Of a DNA stretch of 64,000 nucleotides, positions 50,196 to 64,000 are shown piece by piece. Each line of letters opens with the position of its first letter. Position 1 is the stretch's first letter. The DNA is taken from positions 5,084,001 through 5,148,000 of the forward strand of contig NC_043000.1 of assembly GCF_006345805.1 (NCBI RefSeq), in the 5' to 3' direction. The position numbers and the translations under genes are program-made. Source of the stretch: Octopus sinensis. Its lineage: Eukaryota. The notes under the pieces are model-generated. The model saw nothing but the letters and a program-made list of their open reading frames with translations, ran no database searches and was not told the DNA's origin.

Positions 50196-51622
50196 CATAC
50201 ATATACTTGTGTAAATTTGTTATCTGTGTGTGTGTGTGTGTGTATGTGTATGTATGCATGTGTCTATGAATGTGTATCTGCTTAATGGAACTCACTCATA
50301 TATTTCAATAGGGCATATGTTTCATTTGTAAATTGCTTTCTCATATATCATATATGAGAAAGGCTGGACATTATTGTATGTCTCGAAATTCCTTTTTCTT
50401 CTTTCCCCCCGACCCCCCCCTCTTTTTGTTGCATTTGATGATGATGATGATGACGATGATGATGATGACGATGATGATGACGATGACAATGATGCTGCTG
50501 ACGAGGTAGATGCATTAGACTATAATATTAATCAATCGATAGGGTCGCTTATTGAAAGAGCTTTCATTAATGGCTTTGATTATCCATTATAGCTTCATAT
50601 TTAACAAACCATTAACAGTTGAATGTCACTATAGCTTTGCAAATTCAAGGGTGTCAACAAATTGAATACCAGGGGGTGGTGGCTGAGATAACACTTTACC
50701 CTATCATTTTAGACCCCTCTTGGGTACCACTGCTACATTATAAACACCTTGGTATGATTCGGTGACACAACCTTCTAACTTTTAACCCTACTCAAAGTTT
50801 ACACACATGCAAATGTCTCAAACAGTCTCCTGGTTTTACTAACACAATGTAATACAAAAAATAATTCATACATACATATGTATATATATGTGTGTGTGTA
50901 CATATATATATGCATATATCTGTGTGTGTGTGTATATATTATATAATATGAACAATATATATATAAAAATATTAATGAAATGGTTCAATGTCGGCAGAAC
51001 ATCTGTACCGTTCCTTTGTAACTATTCAATTCAATACGATATAAATTCTTCAGCAGGCATGATACTATTGGAACAGAACAAATAACTCTATTCAGCGCTG
51101 ATGAGAAATAGGTACCAACTGTAATTTGCAGATGACTAGTTTGGCCTAAAGGGTAATTTAATTTGCAGCACAAACTGACTCGCCAGTGTTCAAATGGAGT
51201 CATTGCGAAGACTTACGGAAAACCTCACTCACTCACATACTCATGCATGCACACATGTATGGACACATGCACCAAACATGTGAGTGCATAAATATATGCA
51301 TACACACATGTATGTATATTCTATTATATATATATATATGTATATTGTGCAGATCATCTGTTGTGCTTCAGCGATCACTTGCATTTGGAACTACATCCAA
51401 TGCAAAAGCTGCAAATAATCACAATAGTGATACATAGATAGGGAACAAATGATATAAACTTTTATATATAATAATTTCTCTCTCACACACACATATATAA
51501 TTGCTTTAAATATATTTTTAAGCCAAAGCAATGGTGTCCAAGGAAATATTACTAACCATGAACTTGTATCGTTAATATTTTATAACACGCATTGCTTTTG
51601 CTTTAAAAAATATATTTAAAAC

Positions 51623-51662
<40 letters not shown>

Positions 51663-51669
<7 letters not shown>

Positions 51670-51940
51670 TTTACCAACTAAGTGTGATGTCCTATACAGG
51701 ACAATGCTACTGTTGTTTATAGCTCCATGAAGACATCTCCTCCAGCTGGTTAATAGCACACAGTCTGTGTTCGATTATTATTTGTGAGGGAAGGTGGGAG
51801 CGATGATCTTCCTACGCAAATACTAATCGGACACAGACTGTGTGTCATTAGCCAGCTGGAGGAGATCTCTTCCTGGGCCTTTAAAAACAACAGTAGCACT
51901 GTCCTGTATAGGATGTCACACTTAGTTGGCAAATATATGT
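51663..51940. mobile_element. Foldback MITE with ~115-bp TIRs next to (TA)n
   Basis: Arms ACATATATTT(A/G)CCAACTAAGTGTG...CTCCTCCAGCTGG; shares motifs with the 6271 satellite. Confidence 0.8.
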
Positions 51941-52028
51941 TACGATTCCGTACCACTGCTATTTATATCTCACTTAGAGATTTAATTTAACATATCTGTC
52001 TCTATTATATATATATAAGTATATATAT

Positions 52029-52082
<54 letters not shown>

Positions 52083-52912
52083 TATACATATACACACATT
52101 CATATGTACATATATACACACACATACACACACACACATATATATGTATACACACACACAATGAGCTTTTGCACTGATTCTGTCAACTGAATTCCACTGA
52201 CCAAATATAGCTTGATCCAAAGCTGTGGTTGAAAACACAGACCTAAATTGCCATTCACAGTGGGATCAAATCTTAAACTACCTGGTTGTGATTTGATCCC
52301 ATTAATCCTTAATTGGATACACCCATTTCTTCACCGACATAACAACTACAACAAAATAACACGATAACAGCGTCAATAACATTTTATTTATATGTAACAA
52401 TATTCAAAGTCATATTAACCTTAAAAAAAATGTATGTCTCTAAAAAGTCTATAAGATTAGAATAGATTAGAAAAGATCATGAGTGTAGTCAATGAAATGT
52501 TATATCACTTGTATCAATAAAGAAAACTAAATAGATGCTTTTATTTTCCTTAAGGTTTTTTTTTTATGATGGATAATTATATCTTTATTAAAAAGAGGTC
52601 ATCCAATCTTTTGTAATGTAAACAATGAATAATTGATTGAGCTGTGTTAAGTTGTATGTTGAGGATGAGGTCTTTCCTCATTTGCTGAAGTGGGACTGTC
52701 ATTCATATTTCTTGTTATATTATCCTTTTTTTTTATCAGTGATTTGTGAGGTGAATGGAGGTCACTTCGAAGCTATTATATTCCAAAAGATAAATAGGTT
52801 GAGCAAGTTATATTTTCACCCATCTTGGACTTAAGTCTGCTACATATATAATACTGGTCAAAGTACATATGCCACCCCTACATATGTATCTATTTAGGCA
52901 TATAAGCTTTGA

Positions 52913-52943
<31 letters not shown>

Positions 52944-54156
52944 AATATATATGTATAGGTACATAATCAAACAGTTGTTGCATGTGTTAGAATCTAGGTA
53001 TTATAACATTTAGGAGACCAGGAAAGGGTCCAGCCCCGCACATACATACATTTATTATACATATACATACATTTATATATGCCCATATATATATATACAT
53101 ATATACATATGCATAGGTTTCTGATTCAATGCAAGTTACAGGGATGGTTCCAGATGACAGATGTGGCATTTGTATAAAAGAACAACACAAGTGGAGCTGA
53201 AAGATTTACAAAAGCTGTTTCAATGTGTATACGCACACACACACACACATATTTATACACACACACACACACCATGGACATCACAAAAATAAGGGAGCAT
53301 TATGTTTGAAAGATATATTTCAAGAAACAAAATAATGCCATTTGATGTATCTAAATATTTAATCTAGTATTTACAAGACATGCCTTGTGCAGTTTCTAAT
53401 AATTTAACATCTTTGGACAATGAATAGTATCTGCGTAGATTAAAAAAAATGTATAACAAGGAGTGTCTATTTACTTTTGAGTCAGCAGTGTGTACACGAG
53501 TGTGTGTGTGTTTGTGTGCCACATCTGTGCTGGCACCAAGTAAAAGGCACCAATGCTGGTGTCATGTATAAAAAAGCATCTTGCTGTAAAAACCATGCCA
53601 AAGCAGACTGGTGCCTGGTGCATCTCTCTGGCTTGCTAGCTCCTGTGAAATCATCTAACCCATGCCAGCATGGAAAACGGATGTTAAAGGATGACAATGA
53701 GGATATACTCATAAAGTAATAATGATTTGTGTGCTTGCATGTGTGCGCGTGTGTGTGAGTGTGTGTGTGTGTAAGTCTGTGTCTGTGTCTGTGTATAAAA
53801 GTAGGTAGGACAAGTATCTGCTGTGTTCAAAGAAAGCAAGAAGCAAACTAAAAGCATCTGCATGAATGTCTCCACCACAACGATGTCAGTGAGTTCAAAG
53901 ACAAAATGCATTATGGACAGTGAAACTTACAGAGCATAGAGATACATCTTTAAACTCTTGCACTTCTAGATCCATACAATTATCACAAAGAATAGAAAAC
54001 AGAAAGTAGAATACAAAGACGGAGTGAAATATATTGACAGCATAAAACCTGAAAAGGACAAAAAAAAATTAAAGAAAATTTTTTTGGTCGTGTGGTTAAG
54101 AAGCTTGCTTTGCAACCATGTGATTTCAGGTTCAGTCCTACTGTGCAGCACATTAA

Positions 54157-54345
54157 CTCTTTAGCATTCAGATTATTCTGTCAAATGTAATGCTTGATTT
54201 ATTCCCATTGTATTGAATTAATCATACATTATCTTTATTGCTTTGAGATTTTGATGATGTGGTTGCTTTCTTTTTTTTTTACAATGACATGATAGGGTAG
54301 GTGTGAGAGTCCAGATCTGGCCAGTTTGAACATAAAACAGGTAAA
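54157..54345 (-). mobile_element. piggyBac-like MITE family 1, truncated
   Basis: TTAA-CTCTTTAGCATTCAG end; body is the reverse complement of 2937-3154. Confidence 0.65.
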
Positions 54346-55289
54346 ATAATAATATAAGGGGTTCCATTTTCTTATAGAAAAAGAGGAAAAGGGTGAATAG
54401 ATAATGTTGTTTACTGGCCTCAGAGCGGCCTCATGGATATGCTTAATACTTAAGCAAGATGTTAATGGTTCCTCATGTTTTATATTGAAAGGTTAATTAT
54501 CATTGTCCCACCATTGCCATACAACATTCATTTTTCATGTTGGCATTGGTTGGTTGGTTTGACAGGAGCTAGCAAGCTTTACTGTCTGTTTTGACATGAT
54601 TTCTACCACTGGATGCCCTTCTTAATACCAAAGCCCTCCCTAATGACAAAGTCCTCCCTAATGCCCAATACACATTTAAATGCTGATGCCCATCCTGATA
54701 CCAAATTCAAAACTTGAACACAGAACATAAAGAGATGGTACACAAATAATTCTTTCTGTCCAATGTTGTAGCAATTCAGCTGATTTACCCAACAATAATA
54801 AAATGCTATTTTGACCAAATACCATCCATCTGTAGTACTAAGTGTAAAATCACAGCTGTCAGTAACCACTATCTCTACTTTAGACCACCTACTGAGACAA
54901 AAGACAATGAAACATCACCATTATCGTCCACTACAATTTCAAGACATTATCATTAAAATGGAGGAGCACTTTTTGAGTAGGAAGAAAAATAAATTGTTTT
55001 TAATGGAGGCCTCTGGTGGGGAAACAAATGTCAAAATTACCATCTCCTTGATAATGAATAGTAAACTTTACCCTTTTATGAGGAAACTGTTTGTGATAAG
55101 GAGAAGATGCAAGAGTTTATTCTCTATCAACCAACCTTCACATCAAATTTAACCGATTCCATTCCGTCTTCAAAAGACAGATATATGTTTACCTTGTTGC
55201 AACGGCTTTGATAGTTCAAAGGCTGCAGCATTTTAACCTATTCGTATAATTTCTGACCAAGTAGTAGAGTACGTGGAGAATAAAATTAA

Positions 55290-55475
55290 GCCAAGGAAGA
55301 TTTGGGATTAAGCTACTTAAAAGTAGCATTAACTTGCAGTGGGAAGTGGACGGACGTTAAAGGCATTTATCACAAAGTGTGTTGGAGAGACAGACCACTG
55401 TGCCGGCATAGGTATGTGATGTGAATGGATGACATCTGTTGGATGAAAAATTGCCATGTGTTGACAGTAGAACTA
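55290..55475 (+). pseudogene. RTE LINE C-terminal remnant
   Basis: RDRPLCRHRYVM*MDDICWMKNCHVLTVE resembles ERRLRWYGHVMRMD..WVKKC. Confidence 0.5.
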
Positions 55476-56144
55476 CCACCACCACCAAAACCACCACTAC
55501 TGCCACCACACTTGTCTTCTTTTACTTGTCCATTACAACACCATTAAATTACTGAAGAAATCACCTCTTCATCATCTTCGTCTTCCATTGCTCACTTTGA
55601 AATGGCAATGATACTGACGATGTGAGCCTCTAGTTGTACAGACACTTACTGTGAGTGCAAGTGTGTATTGCATGTCTGCTTCTAGCTTGATGCAAAGCAC
55701 TTCATTTACAAAACGGGACACAGATACGTACGAACACGTGCATACATACATGCATTTGTGCATGTATATATGCACATAGATAGATATAAATATATGTGCA
55801 TATATATATGTATAATATATGTATATATGTGTGTGTGTGTGTATATACATACATATACATATGTATATATATACATATACATATATGTACATATATATAT
55901 GTATATATACATATACATGTATATATATACACACATATATATATGTATATATATAGATATACATATATAAACATATATATACCTATAAATGCATATACAT
56001 ACATATGCACATATATATATGTATATATGCATATACATTCATACACACATATATATATGTATATATGCATATACATACATACATATAATATATATGTATG
56101 TATGTATATATTCATATACATACATGCATACATATATATATGTA

Positions 56145-56224
<80 letters not shown>

Positions 56225-56507
56225 ATATCCTGCTTCTCTACAAGTTTCCATCTTCTCACTTCATTCACAAGGGCATAGAGTAGACAATACTTGGCCCCAA
56301 AGTGGTGCAGAGTGGAACTGAACTCCAGCTTCTTAATAACACTGCCATATTTATTTATTTATTTATTTATTTATTGCTTCTGAAGCTTTTTTTTTTTTTT
56401 CTCTCTTCTCTTGGTGAATGTCATTAAAATCCTGACACAATTGTTCATACTTTCAGATACAATTTAATGAGAAACGACAACCTTGCTGACTTGAAGGACA
56501 AAATGAC

Positions 56508-56564
<57 letters not shown>

Positions 56565-56654
56565 AACGATAATAATAATAATAATAATAATGAATAATAA
56601 TAATGATAATAATGATAATAATGATAATAATAATAATGAATAATAATAATAATG

Positions 56655-56688
<34 letters not shown>

Positions 56689-56726
56689 TAATAATAATGA
56701 CAATAATAATAATAATAATAATAATA

Positions 56727-56757
<31 letters not shown>

Positions 56758-56759
56758 AA

Positions 56760-56799
<40 letters not shown>

Positions 56800-56872
56800 T
56801 AATAATAATAATAATAATAATGATATAATGATAATAATAATGATAATAATAATAATAATAATAATAATGATA

Positions 56873-56903
<31 letters not shown>

Positions 56904-56975
56904 AATAATAATAATAATAATAATGATAATAATAATAATAATAATAATGATAATAATGATAATAATGATAATAAC
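56508..56975. repeat. Long (AAT)n/(GAT) microsatellite
   Basis: Read directly from the sequence. Confidence 0.95.
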
Positions 56976-56985
56976 TATTACTACC

Positions 56986-57128
56986 CATGTATTTTAATTT
57001 AACTTGAAAAAAAAATTTAAAAAATGAACGAACTATTGAGTTTAGTTTAATGGCCTACCAATGTATACTAGGAGTCGGGAAGACACTCGGCAAGAAATGG
57101 AAGCAAATTTGAAAGAAGAAAAAAAAAA
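56986..57128 (+). mobile_element. R4/Dong-like 3' UTR fragment in (AAT)n
   Basis: Matches 28501-28669 apart from a 17-bp deletion. Confidence 0.7.
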
Positions 57129-57892
57129 TAATAATAATAATAATGATAATTATAAGTATAATGATGGTGATGTTGTTGCTGTTGTTGTTGTTGTTGTTGT
57201 TATTTAGCATCATGCCATCCTTTACCAAATAGATTCAGGATCAAAGATTCTGCAATTATGACTATCCTATCAATGTTTTTCATAATTCACATAAAAACAT
57301 CGTTCAATGTGTTCATTGTTACTTTCCCTTTTTTTTTTTGTTTTTGTTTTTTTGTTTGTTTTTTTTTTTAAAACAGGTTGAGGGACAAAAGATTAGTCTG
57401 CTACTTTTAGCAAGTTGAGTGACTGAGTAGAGGCTCAGCCTTGTGAATGATAATGTTGGTGGTGAGGAAGATGGTGGTAGTGGTGGTGGTGGTGGTGGTG
57501 GTGGTTGTGGTGGTGGTGGTTGTGGTGGTGGTGGTGGTGATAATAACATTGGGGAGAGCAAAAAACGTGGATGATGGTGATGTTGATGTCATTTGTAATA
57601 AAGATGATAATGACAAAGGTTGCAGTGATAATAATGACAACGACGATGATGATGGTGATGCTGATGATGATGACAGTGAAGGTGGAGGTTATAGAGGTGA
57701 CAGTGGTGGTGGTGATGGTGGTAGCAAAAATGTTGAGGGAAGACAAGAGTGACAATGAAAATGGTGATGATTATGATGATGACGCTGCTGCCACTAATAA
57801 TGTCTATGACAACGATGATGATGATAAAGATGATGATGATGACTATGATGATAGTGACAACAACGATGATGACGATGAAGACAACAACAACA

Positions 57893-58090
57893 GTGGAGGT
57901 GCAATGGCCCAGTGGATAGGGCAGCAGACTCACAGTCGTAAGAACGCAGTTTCGATTCCCAGACCGGGCATTGTGAGCGTTTATTGAGCAAAAACAGCTA
58001 AGCTCCACGAGGCTCTGGCAGGGGATGGGGTGAACCCCACTGCACTCTTTCACCACAACTTTCTCTCACTCTTTCTTCCTACTTCTGCTG
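57893..58090 (+). mobile_element. SINE family D
   Basis: GGAGGTGCAATGGCCCAGTGG A-box-like and GTTTCGATTCCC B-box-like motifs. Confidence 0.75.
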
Positions 58091-58579
58091 CAAAGCAGAG
58101 GAACCAAGGTGTAACCCACTATGGTGTGGTAAACTTTCAGACCCTAGTCTAGATTGCGAATCCTCTGTACCACAGAATGGTTCAGCTCTCCACCCATTAA
58201 AAGCCACCGTTTACGGAATGAGGTTAACAACGTAGCTTTTGCGCCCGTACAACCGCCAGTCTATCGTGTGTGGTGGGTGGATCTTCAAGTTGCCACACGC
58301 ATTCTTAGTAGCTGAGAGTAGACTCGAATTAGATATTATTCTTTGTGGTTAATGGCGTGAGCCCTGATTGGAAGAAGAAGAAGTAGAAGAAGAAGAAGAA
58401 GAAGAAGAAGAAGAAGAAGAAGAAGAAGAAAAAGAAAAAGAAGAAGAAGAAAAGACGACAACAATGACGACGACAATGGTGATGGTGATGATGGTGACAT
58501 TGCTGCCACCAATAACGACTATGATGACAGCAATGATAAAAATGATAATGACTAGAATAATAACAACTACAACAACAAC

Positions 58580-58615
<36 letters not shown>

Positions 58616-58842
58616 AATGATGATAATGAATACGATTGCTGTTATGAAACTAGAGATGCACATTTCTAGCTGAAGCTGTTGCGCCCTTCTTCTGCCAGAG
58701 AATTCTTTCACATCTCATCTCATTTAATCATTAAAGACGTCAGAGACCTGAACTGTTAGGTGAGGTAAAAAGCAGAGGCAAGGATGGCATGTAAGGCAGG
58801 GAATGAAAATGTGAAATATTATTTATTCTACTACTGGATTAC

Positions 58843-58933
<91 letters not shown>

Positions 58934-59138
58934 TAAAAAAATGTAAAAAAAAAAAAAAAGTTGCCACCGGCACCACCATAACCACCATCGCCATTAACAG
59001 CATCATCATCATCATCATCATCACCACCAGCATCATCTTCATCACCACCATCCTCCTCCTCCTTCTCCTTCTCATTATCATCATCACCATCACTATAACC
59101 ATCACATTGTCATGACCATCACCATAACAACCACCACC

Positions 59139-59172
<34 letters not shown>

Positions 59173-59851
59173 CCAGCGTCATCATCACTACCATCAGCAT
59201 CATCATCACCTTCATCACTGTCATCTTCATCACCATCATCATCATCATCATCTTCATTGTTGTCATCATCATCACGACCACCACCACGACCACTACCACC
59301 ACGACCACCGGCACCATCACCATATCATCATCACTGCCATCAACATCATCACCGTTTCCCTTATCCTCATCACCATCCTCATCATCACTATGATGACTTA
59401 CTAGTTTAGTCAGGATGTCAGCAGCTAAGCAGCTAACAGAAAAAACAAATAGCAATGCTTTTTGTTTTTTATTTGAAAAAGAACTTTTGTTTTTTTTTTG
59501 TTTTGTTTTTAATAAAAAAAACAGCAATAAAAAATACCAAAGAAAAAAAACATAGAATTTGTACAAAGTGGAAATACAATACAAAGCCATCTTGCTGTGA
59601 AAGAACCCCTTTCTTGAATATCTGTTGCTTATAATGTCTGTGAAAATATTTGTACTATCATATACCTGAATCTAATTTTGAGTTTGGGGTGGGAGTCTAG
59701 AGTAACGAAAGGTGTGGGTTTGAGTTTGGATTTGGGGTAGATATGCATTATGGTATGTGGAGAGATTATTCATATTTTTCTTCAACAACCATACTGAAAT
59801 ACCTATGTTCTTCAATATTATCTACTCACCTAAAGAAACACAGTTATTGTA

Positions 59852-59897
<46 letters not shown>

Positions 59898-59922
59898 CAT
59901 ATATATATATATATATATGTGT

Positions 59923-60122
59923 GTGCCGTTTGCCAGCTCCTTCTGGCACCCATGCGGGTGGCACGTAAAAAGCACCCACTACACTCACGGAGTGGTTGGC
60001 GTTAGGAAGGGCATCCAGCCGTAGAAACACTGCCAGATCAGACTGGGCCTGATGCAGCCTTCTGGCTTCACAGACCCCAGTTGAACCGTCCAACCCATGC
60101 TAGCATGGAAAGCGGTCGCTAA

Positions 60123-60157
<35 letters not shown>
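59923..60157 (+). mobile_element. RTE-tail element in (TA)n
   Basis: GGCACGTAAAAAGCACCC, GGAAGGGCATCC, (GAT)n. Confidence 0.8.
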
Positions 60158-60194
<37 letters not shown>

Positions 60195-60311
60195 CATTAA
60201 TTAATAAATTTCAGGGCAGCAAAAGAATTTAGAAAAATTCTTTGCTACCAGTGGTCTAGCGAGAAGAAAAAACTAGTCAACATACTATATATTATTCATA
60301 TAAAAATACAG

Positions 60312-60357
60312 TCTTGCAACCTTTTCAATAGTCTTGACTATTGAAAAGGTTGCAAGA
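60312..60357. repeat. Perfect 22-bp inverted repeat with a 2-nt loop
   Basis: TCTTGCAACCTTTTCAATAGTC-TT-GACTATTGAAAAGGTTGCAAGA. Confidence 0.95.
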
Positions 60358-60659
60358 TGCAATCAAAATTTTAAGAAAATAAAAATAAGAAATAAGTGGA
60401 AATTATGCTGGTGAGTGTGTTATATTATAAGGCACAAAAAGAAAATGACTCTCCCCAGACACAACAGAATATATTTATGTGTATATATATATTCTTTTAT
60501 TCTTTTATTCTTTGGTTGACCCAAGGCTATAACACAAGACACTGGCCCAAGGTACCATGCAGTGAGATTGAACCTGGAACAATATGGTTAGGAAGCAAGC
60601 TTCTTACCACACAGCCACACTGTGCCTATATGTTATATATGTGCATGTGTGTGTATTAT

Positions 60660-60690
<31 letters not shown>

Positions 60691-61238
60691 CCATTGTATG
60701 TATTGGCATATATTTGTTGCTTATTTGGTTTCTATTTAACTACTTAGCTCTTCTCAGTTTACTTAACACATTCATTTCATTGAAGAATAATACAATTAGA
60801 GTAATTAATTAATTAAAACAGTGATACACACACACACACACAAACATATCATTTATCATTTATATATTAATTATTTCTAATGAAAGGAACTCCCTTGAAC
60901 ACCTTCTTGATCTTGTAATTAAGTACTATTAAACCCTAACCTACAAAACAGTATTTCAGAGTGGCGCATAAGACTTTGGTTATTAGATTAAAATAGAAAT
61001 GAAATATGATCAATTACTTAATGAGATACAGTCATCAGTGGAAGAAAGAAGATTGGGTGAGAAGTGTTGCCATTGTTATTATAATTTTAATTATAGTCAT
61101 CCATGCTTATATGAGAGGATGTGTCTTTTACTTTGTTTCTCCTTTTATTGTTTATCTTTTATTTTTTTTGCTAGTTGCAGTTATTAGATTGCACCCATGC
61201 TGGGGCACCACCCTGAGAAATTTTTAGTCGAATAAATC

Positions 61239-61549
61239 TGTGGGCATGTAACAAATACCATCCGATTGTGGCCATGCCAGCCTCGCCTGGCCTCCGTGCC
61301 GGTGGCATGTAAAAAACACCATCCGAGCATGGCCGTTCGCCAGCCTCGTCTGGCACCTGTGTCGGTGGCACATAAAAAGCACCCACTACACTCACGGAGT
61401 GGTTGGCGTTAGGAAGGGCATCCAGCTGTAGAAACACTGCCAGATCTGACTGGCCTGGTGCAGCCTTCGGGCTTCCCAGACCCCAGTTGAACCATCCAAC
61501 CCATGCTAGCATGGAAAGCGGACGTTAAACGATGATGATGATGATGATG
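61239..61549 (+). mobile_element. RTE-tail element nested in a minus-strand family A SINE (~61150-61895)
   Basis: AAATC repeated at 61234 and 61550; the SINE continues on both sides. Confidence 0.75.
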
Positions 61550-61711
61550 AAATCAACCCCAGTATTTTTTTGTTTTTGAAAGTCTAGTACTTATTTTATA
61601 AGTCTCTTTTGCTGATTTGCTAAGTTATGGGGATGTAAACAAACCAACACTGGTTGTCAAGCAGTCGTGGTGCAAAACACAGACACAAAGACACATATAC
61701 ATAGGTGTGTG

Positions 61712-61747
<36 letters not shown>

Positions 61748-61937
61748 TGATGGGCTTATTTCAGTTTCTGTCTCCCAAATCTACTCCCAAAGTTTTGGTT
61801 GGCCCAAAGTAGGAGACATTAGCCTAAGGGGTCAAGCAGTGGGATTAAACCTGAAAGTATCTGGTTGGGAAGCAAGCTTCTTATCACACAGCCATGCCAA
61901 ATTTTGTTACTGCTTTTCAAAATAGTGAAACCCTGTA

Positions 61938-62172
61938 ATATAGTGGTTAGGGTGTTGTACTCATTATCACAAGATTGTGGTTTTGATTCCCAGACTGGGG
62001 CAGCACAATGTGATCTTGAGGAAAACACTTCATTTCATATTTACTCCAAGCCATTCTGCTGTAAATAAGTAACCCTGCAATGAACTGGCAGCCTGTCCTA
62101 GAAAGGATGTTGTGATCTTGGTCACTTTTACATCATGGAAACCTGGTAATCTGCCCTATGAGTCCCAGAACT
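61938..62172 (+). mobile_element. SINE family C
   Basis: TAGTGGTTAGGGTGTTG head, TTGAGGAAAACACTTCATTTC core. Confidence 0.7.
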
Positions 62173-62519
62173 CAAGACAGAAATATTCAGAGGACTCACA
62201 TATTTTCACAAGAATTCTCACTTTTGTATGCATGACATTGTTGAAGTAGAGTTGGGTAGAGTTTTGCCAGATAAATTTCATAAAATTGAGAACCCAAAAT
62301 TTTCAAAAAGTAATGAATTATGTTCAAAAGCATCACAAAATGGAAATGTTTTATGGTGGCTTAGAAAGAATATATTGTATTTTGTAATATGGAAGATACA
62401 CTTTTTTGTAAAAAAATATTACATTGAAAATTACCATGATGCTAGTTGAGAAGTTGTTGCTATGGTTTTCTGAAATTAAGGGAGTATTGTCAGAAGTTAC
62501 AGTCTAGCACCCAACTATG

Positions 62520-62660
62520 ATTGCTTGGCATCAAAATGAGTTGGTTGAAATATGTGCAGCGGAAAGGAAGAGTATGGTACTTTGGACAAGTGATGTAAAT
62601 GGACCTATATGGGCAAAGTGTAAAGCAGTTAAAATAAAAGTTGGAAGAAGTGGTAGGGTT
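62520..62660 (+). pseudogene. RTE LINE remnant
   Basis: LLGIKMSWLKYVQRKGRVWYFGQVM*MD resembles LGI....VQERRLRWYGHVMRMD. Confidence 0.4.
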
Positions 62661-62889
62661 CAGGTCTGAGGGTGATGTGTTTTGCTAAAGAGTTATGGTG
62701 ATATAAATCAATTGCAGATCCATCCATCCCAATTTAATACAGAAAAACAATGAAAATGGTCTGGTAATAATGGACTTTAGTTAATAAGATTTGAACTCAT
62801 AACAACATGGTCAGTAAAACAGTGTCTTATCTTTATAGTTTTTGAATTGCATCATTGAAAAACAAAAAAAAAAGGATCAAAGTCCTTTT

Positions 62890-63107
62890 TGAGGCATAGA
62901 CTCATAAGGCCAATTTCCAGAATTCTGCAGTATTTATTTTCCTCCTGGATGGGTTGCCAGTCCACTGTAGGCTTACTCATTTTTGCCAGATGAGGTGACT
63001 AGAGCATTGTGAAATGAAGTGTTTTGCTCAAGAACACAATGCAGAAATTGAAACTATAACCTTACAATCATGAAGGCAACACCCTAACCCCTAACATGTG
63101 CCTCCAC
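62890..63107 (-). mobile_element. SINE family C
   Basis: Reverse complement of 61938-62172 and 39151-39395. Confidence 0.7.
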
Positions 63108-64000
63108 AATGCATATTTTGTAAACACAAATATCAAAATTCTTTGAACCATCATAGAATTAGGGCAAATATGCAAAAGTGGGGAAAATGAGTGTATAGTG
63201 ATGATGAAAGAGAAAGGAATCTAATCTTTGGAATAGATCAAGGGGTGGTGGCATGTGATAAAAATAAAATAAAATGAAAAGCTTGACCTCAAAGAGTAAA
63301 ATATATTCTCTGTGTGCATATTGCTAATTAAAATTTGGAAGTCATGTCAGCGTATCAAAACCATGACATCATCAAGTATATCTGAATGAGTATGATTCAT
63401 TACAAGTAATTAATGACCATTCTTTAATGTTATCGTGGTTATCATAGGTTAGAGAGAGAGGAAATGAAAGAGGAAAAAGAAACCCTTCTATAATAAGCAG
63501 AAGAATGCTTGTGTGGTTAGGAAGCTTCACTTTGCAGCCACATGGTTTTAGGTTCAGTCCCATTGTGCAGCACCTTTAGTATGCGTCTTCCACTGTAGCC
63601 TTGTGCTGACTGATGCCTTGTGAGTGAATTTGGCAGCTGGAATTTGGTAGCTGGTTTTAAGGGGATCACAAAAGGCCCAACCTTCCAAGTTCTTTTACAA
63701 GGTTTAGAAAAACTGAAGGACTGCAGTGATAAGGACATGAATCTGAAAGGGGAATATGCTGAATATAATCATAATTAACTGATCCCCTTGTATTTTCTTT
63801 TATCCAAAGCCAGAAACTTTTCAGCACCCTCTTGTATATATGTGTACACATGTGTCTTGATGTCTGTGTTTGTTCCCGCTACTACCACCACTCGACAACC
63901 GGTGTTGGTTTGTTTACATCTCCATAGCTTAGTGGTCTGGCATAGTGGCCAATAGAATCAGTACATCATCATTGTTTAACTTCTGTTTTCCATGATGGCA

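Noticed and set aside
51100-51135. CTGATGAG hammerhead-like core
   Set aside because: No stem II followed by GAAA, and no stem III

Overview
AT-rich, microsatellite-saturated animal DNA, most likely intronic or intergenic sequence from an octopus (coleoid cephalopod). That assignment is inferred from composition and recognisable SINE families, not from a search. No intact protein-coding gene, true tRNA, rRNA or CRISPR array is supported, and nearly all ORFs in the track are low-complexity artefacts. The window is a mosaic of: (i) several tRNA-derived SINE families; (ii) many RTE-clade LINE 3' ends with (GAT)n tails; (iii) R4/Dong-like retrotransposon 3' ends sitting in (AAT)n arrays; (iv) two TTAA-flanked piggyBac-like MITE families; (v) a decayed mariner, a Penelope-like fossil, a Helentron-like fragment and long-TIR foldback elements; (vi) local duplications. 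The most interesting signals are a type I hammerhead-ribozyme fold whose 5' half lies in the loop of a perfect 77-bp inverted repeat (18.9 kb), tandem compact H-type pseudoknot motifs in RTE 3' UTRs, a 351-bp satellite derived from a MITE (6.3-7.4 kb), a candidate recursive splice site (24.0 kb) and a reciprocal templated duplication (26.8/31.2 kb). Repeat boundaries are read by eye, are approximate, and not every copy is listed.
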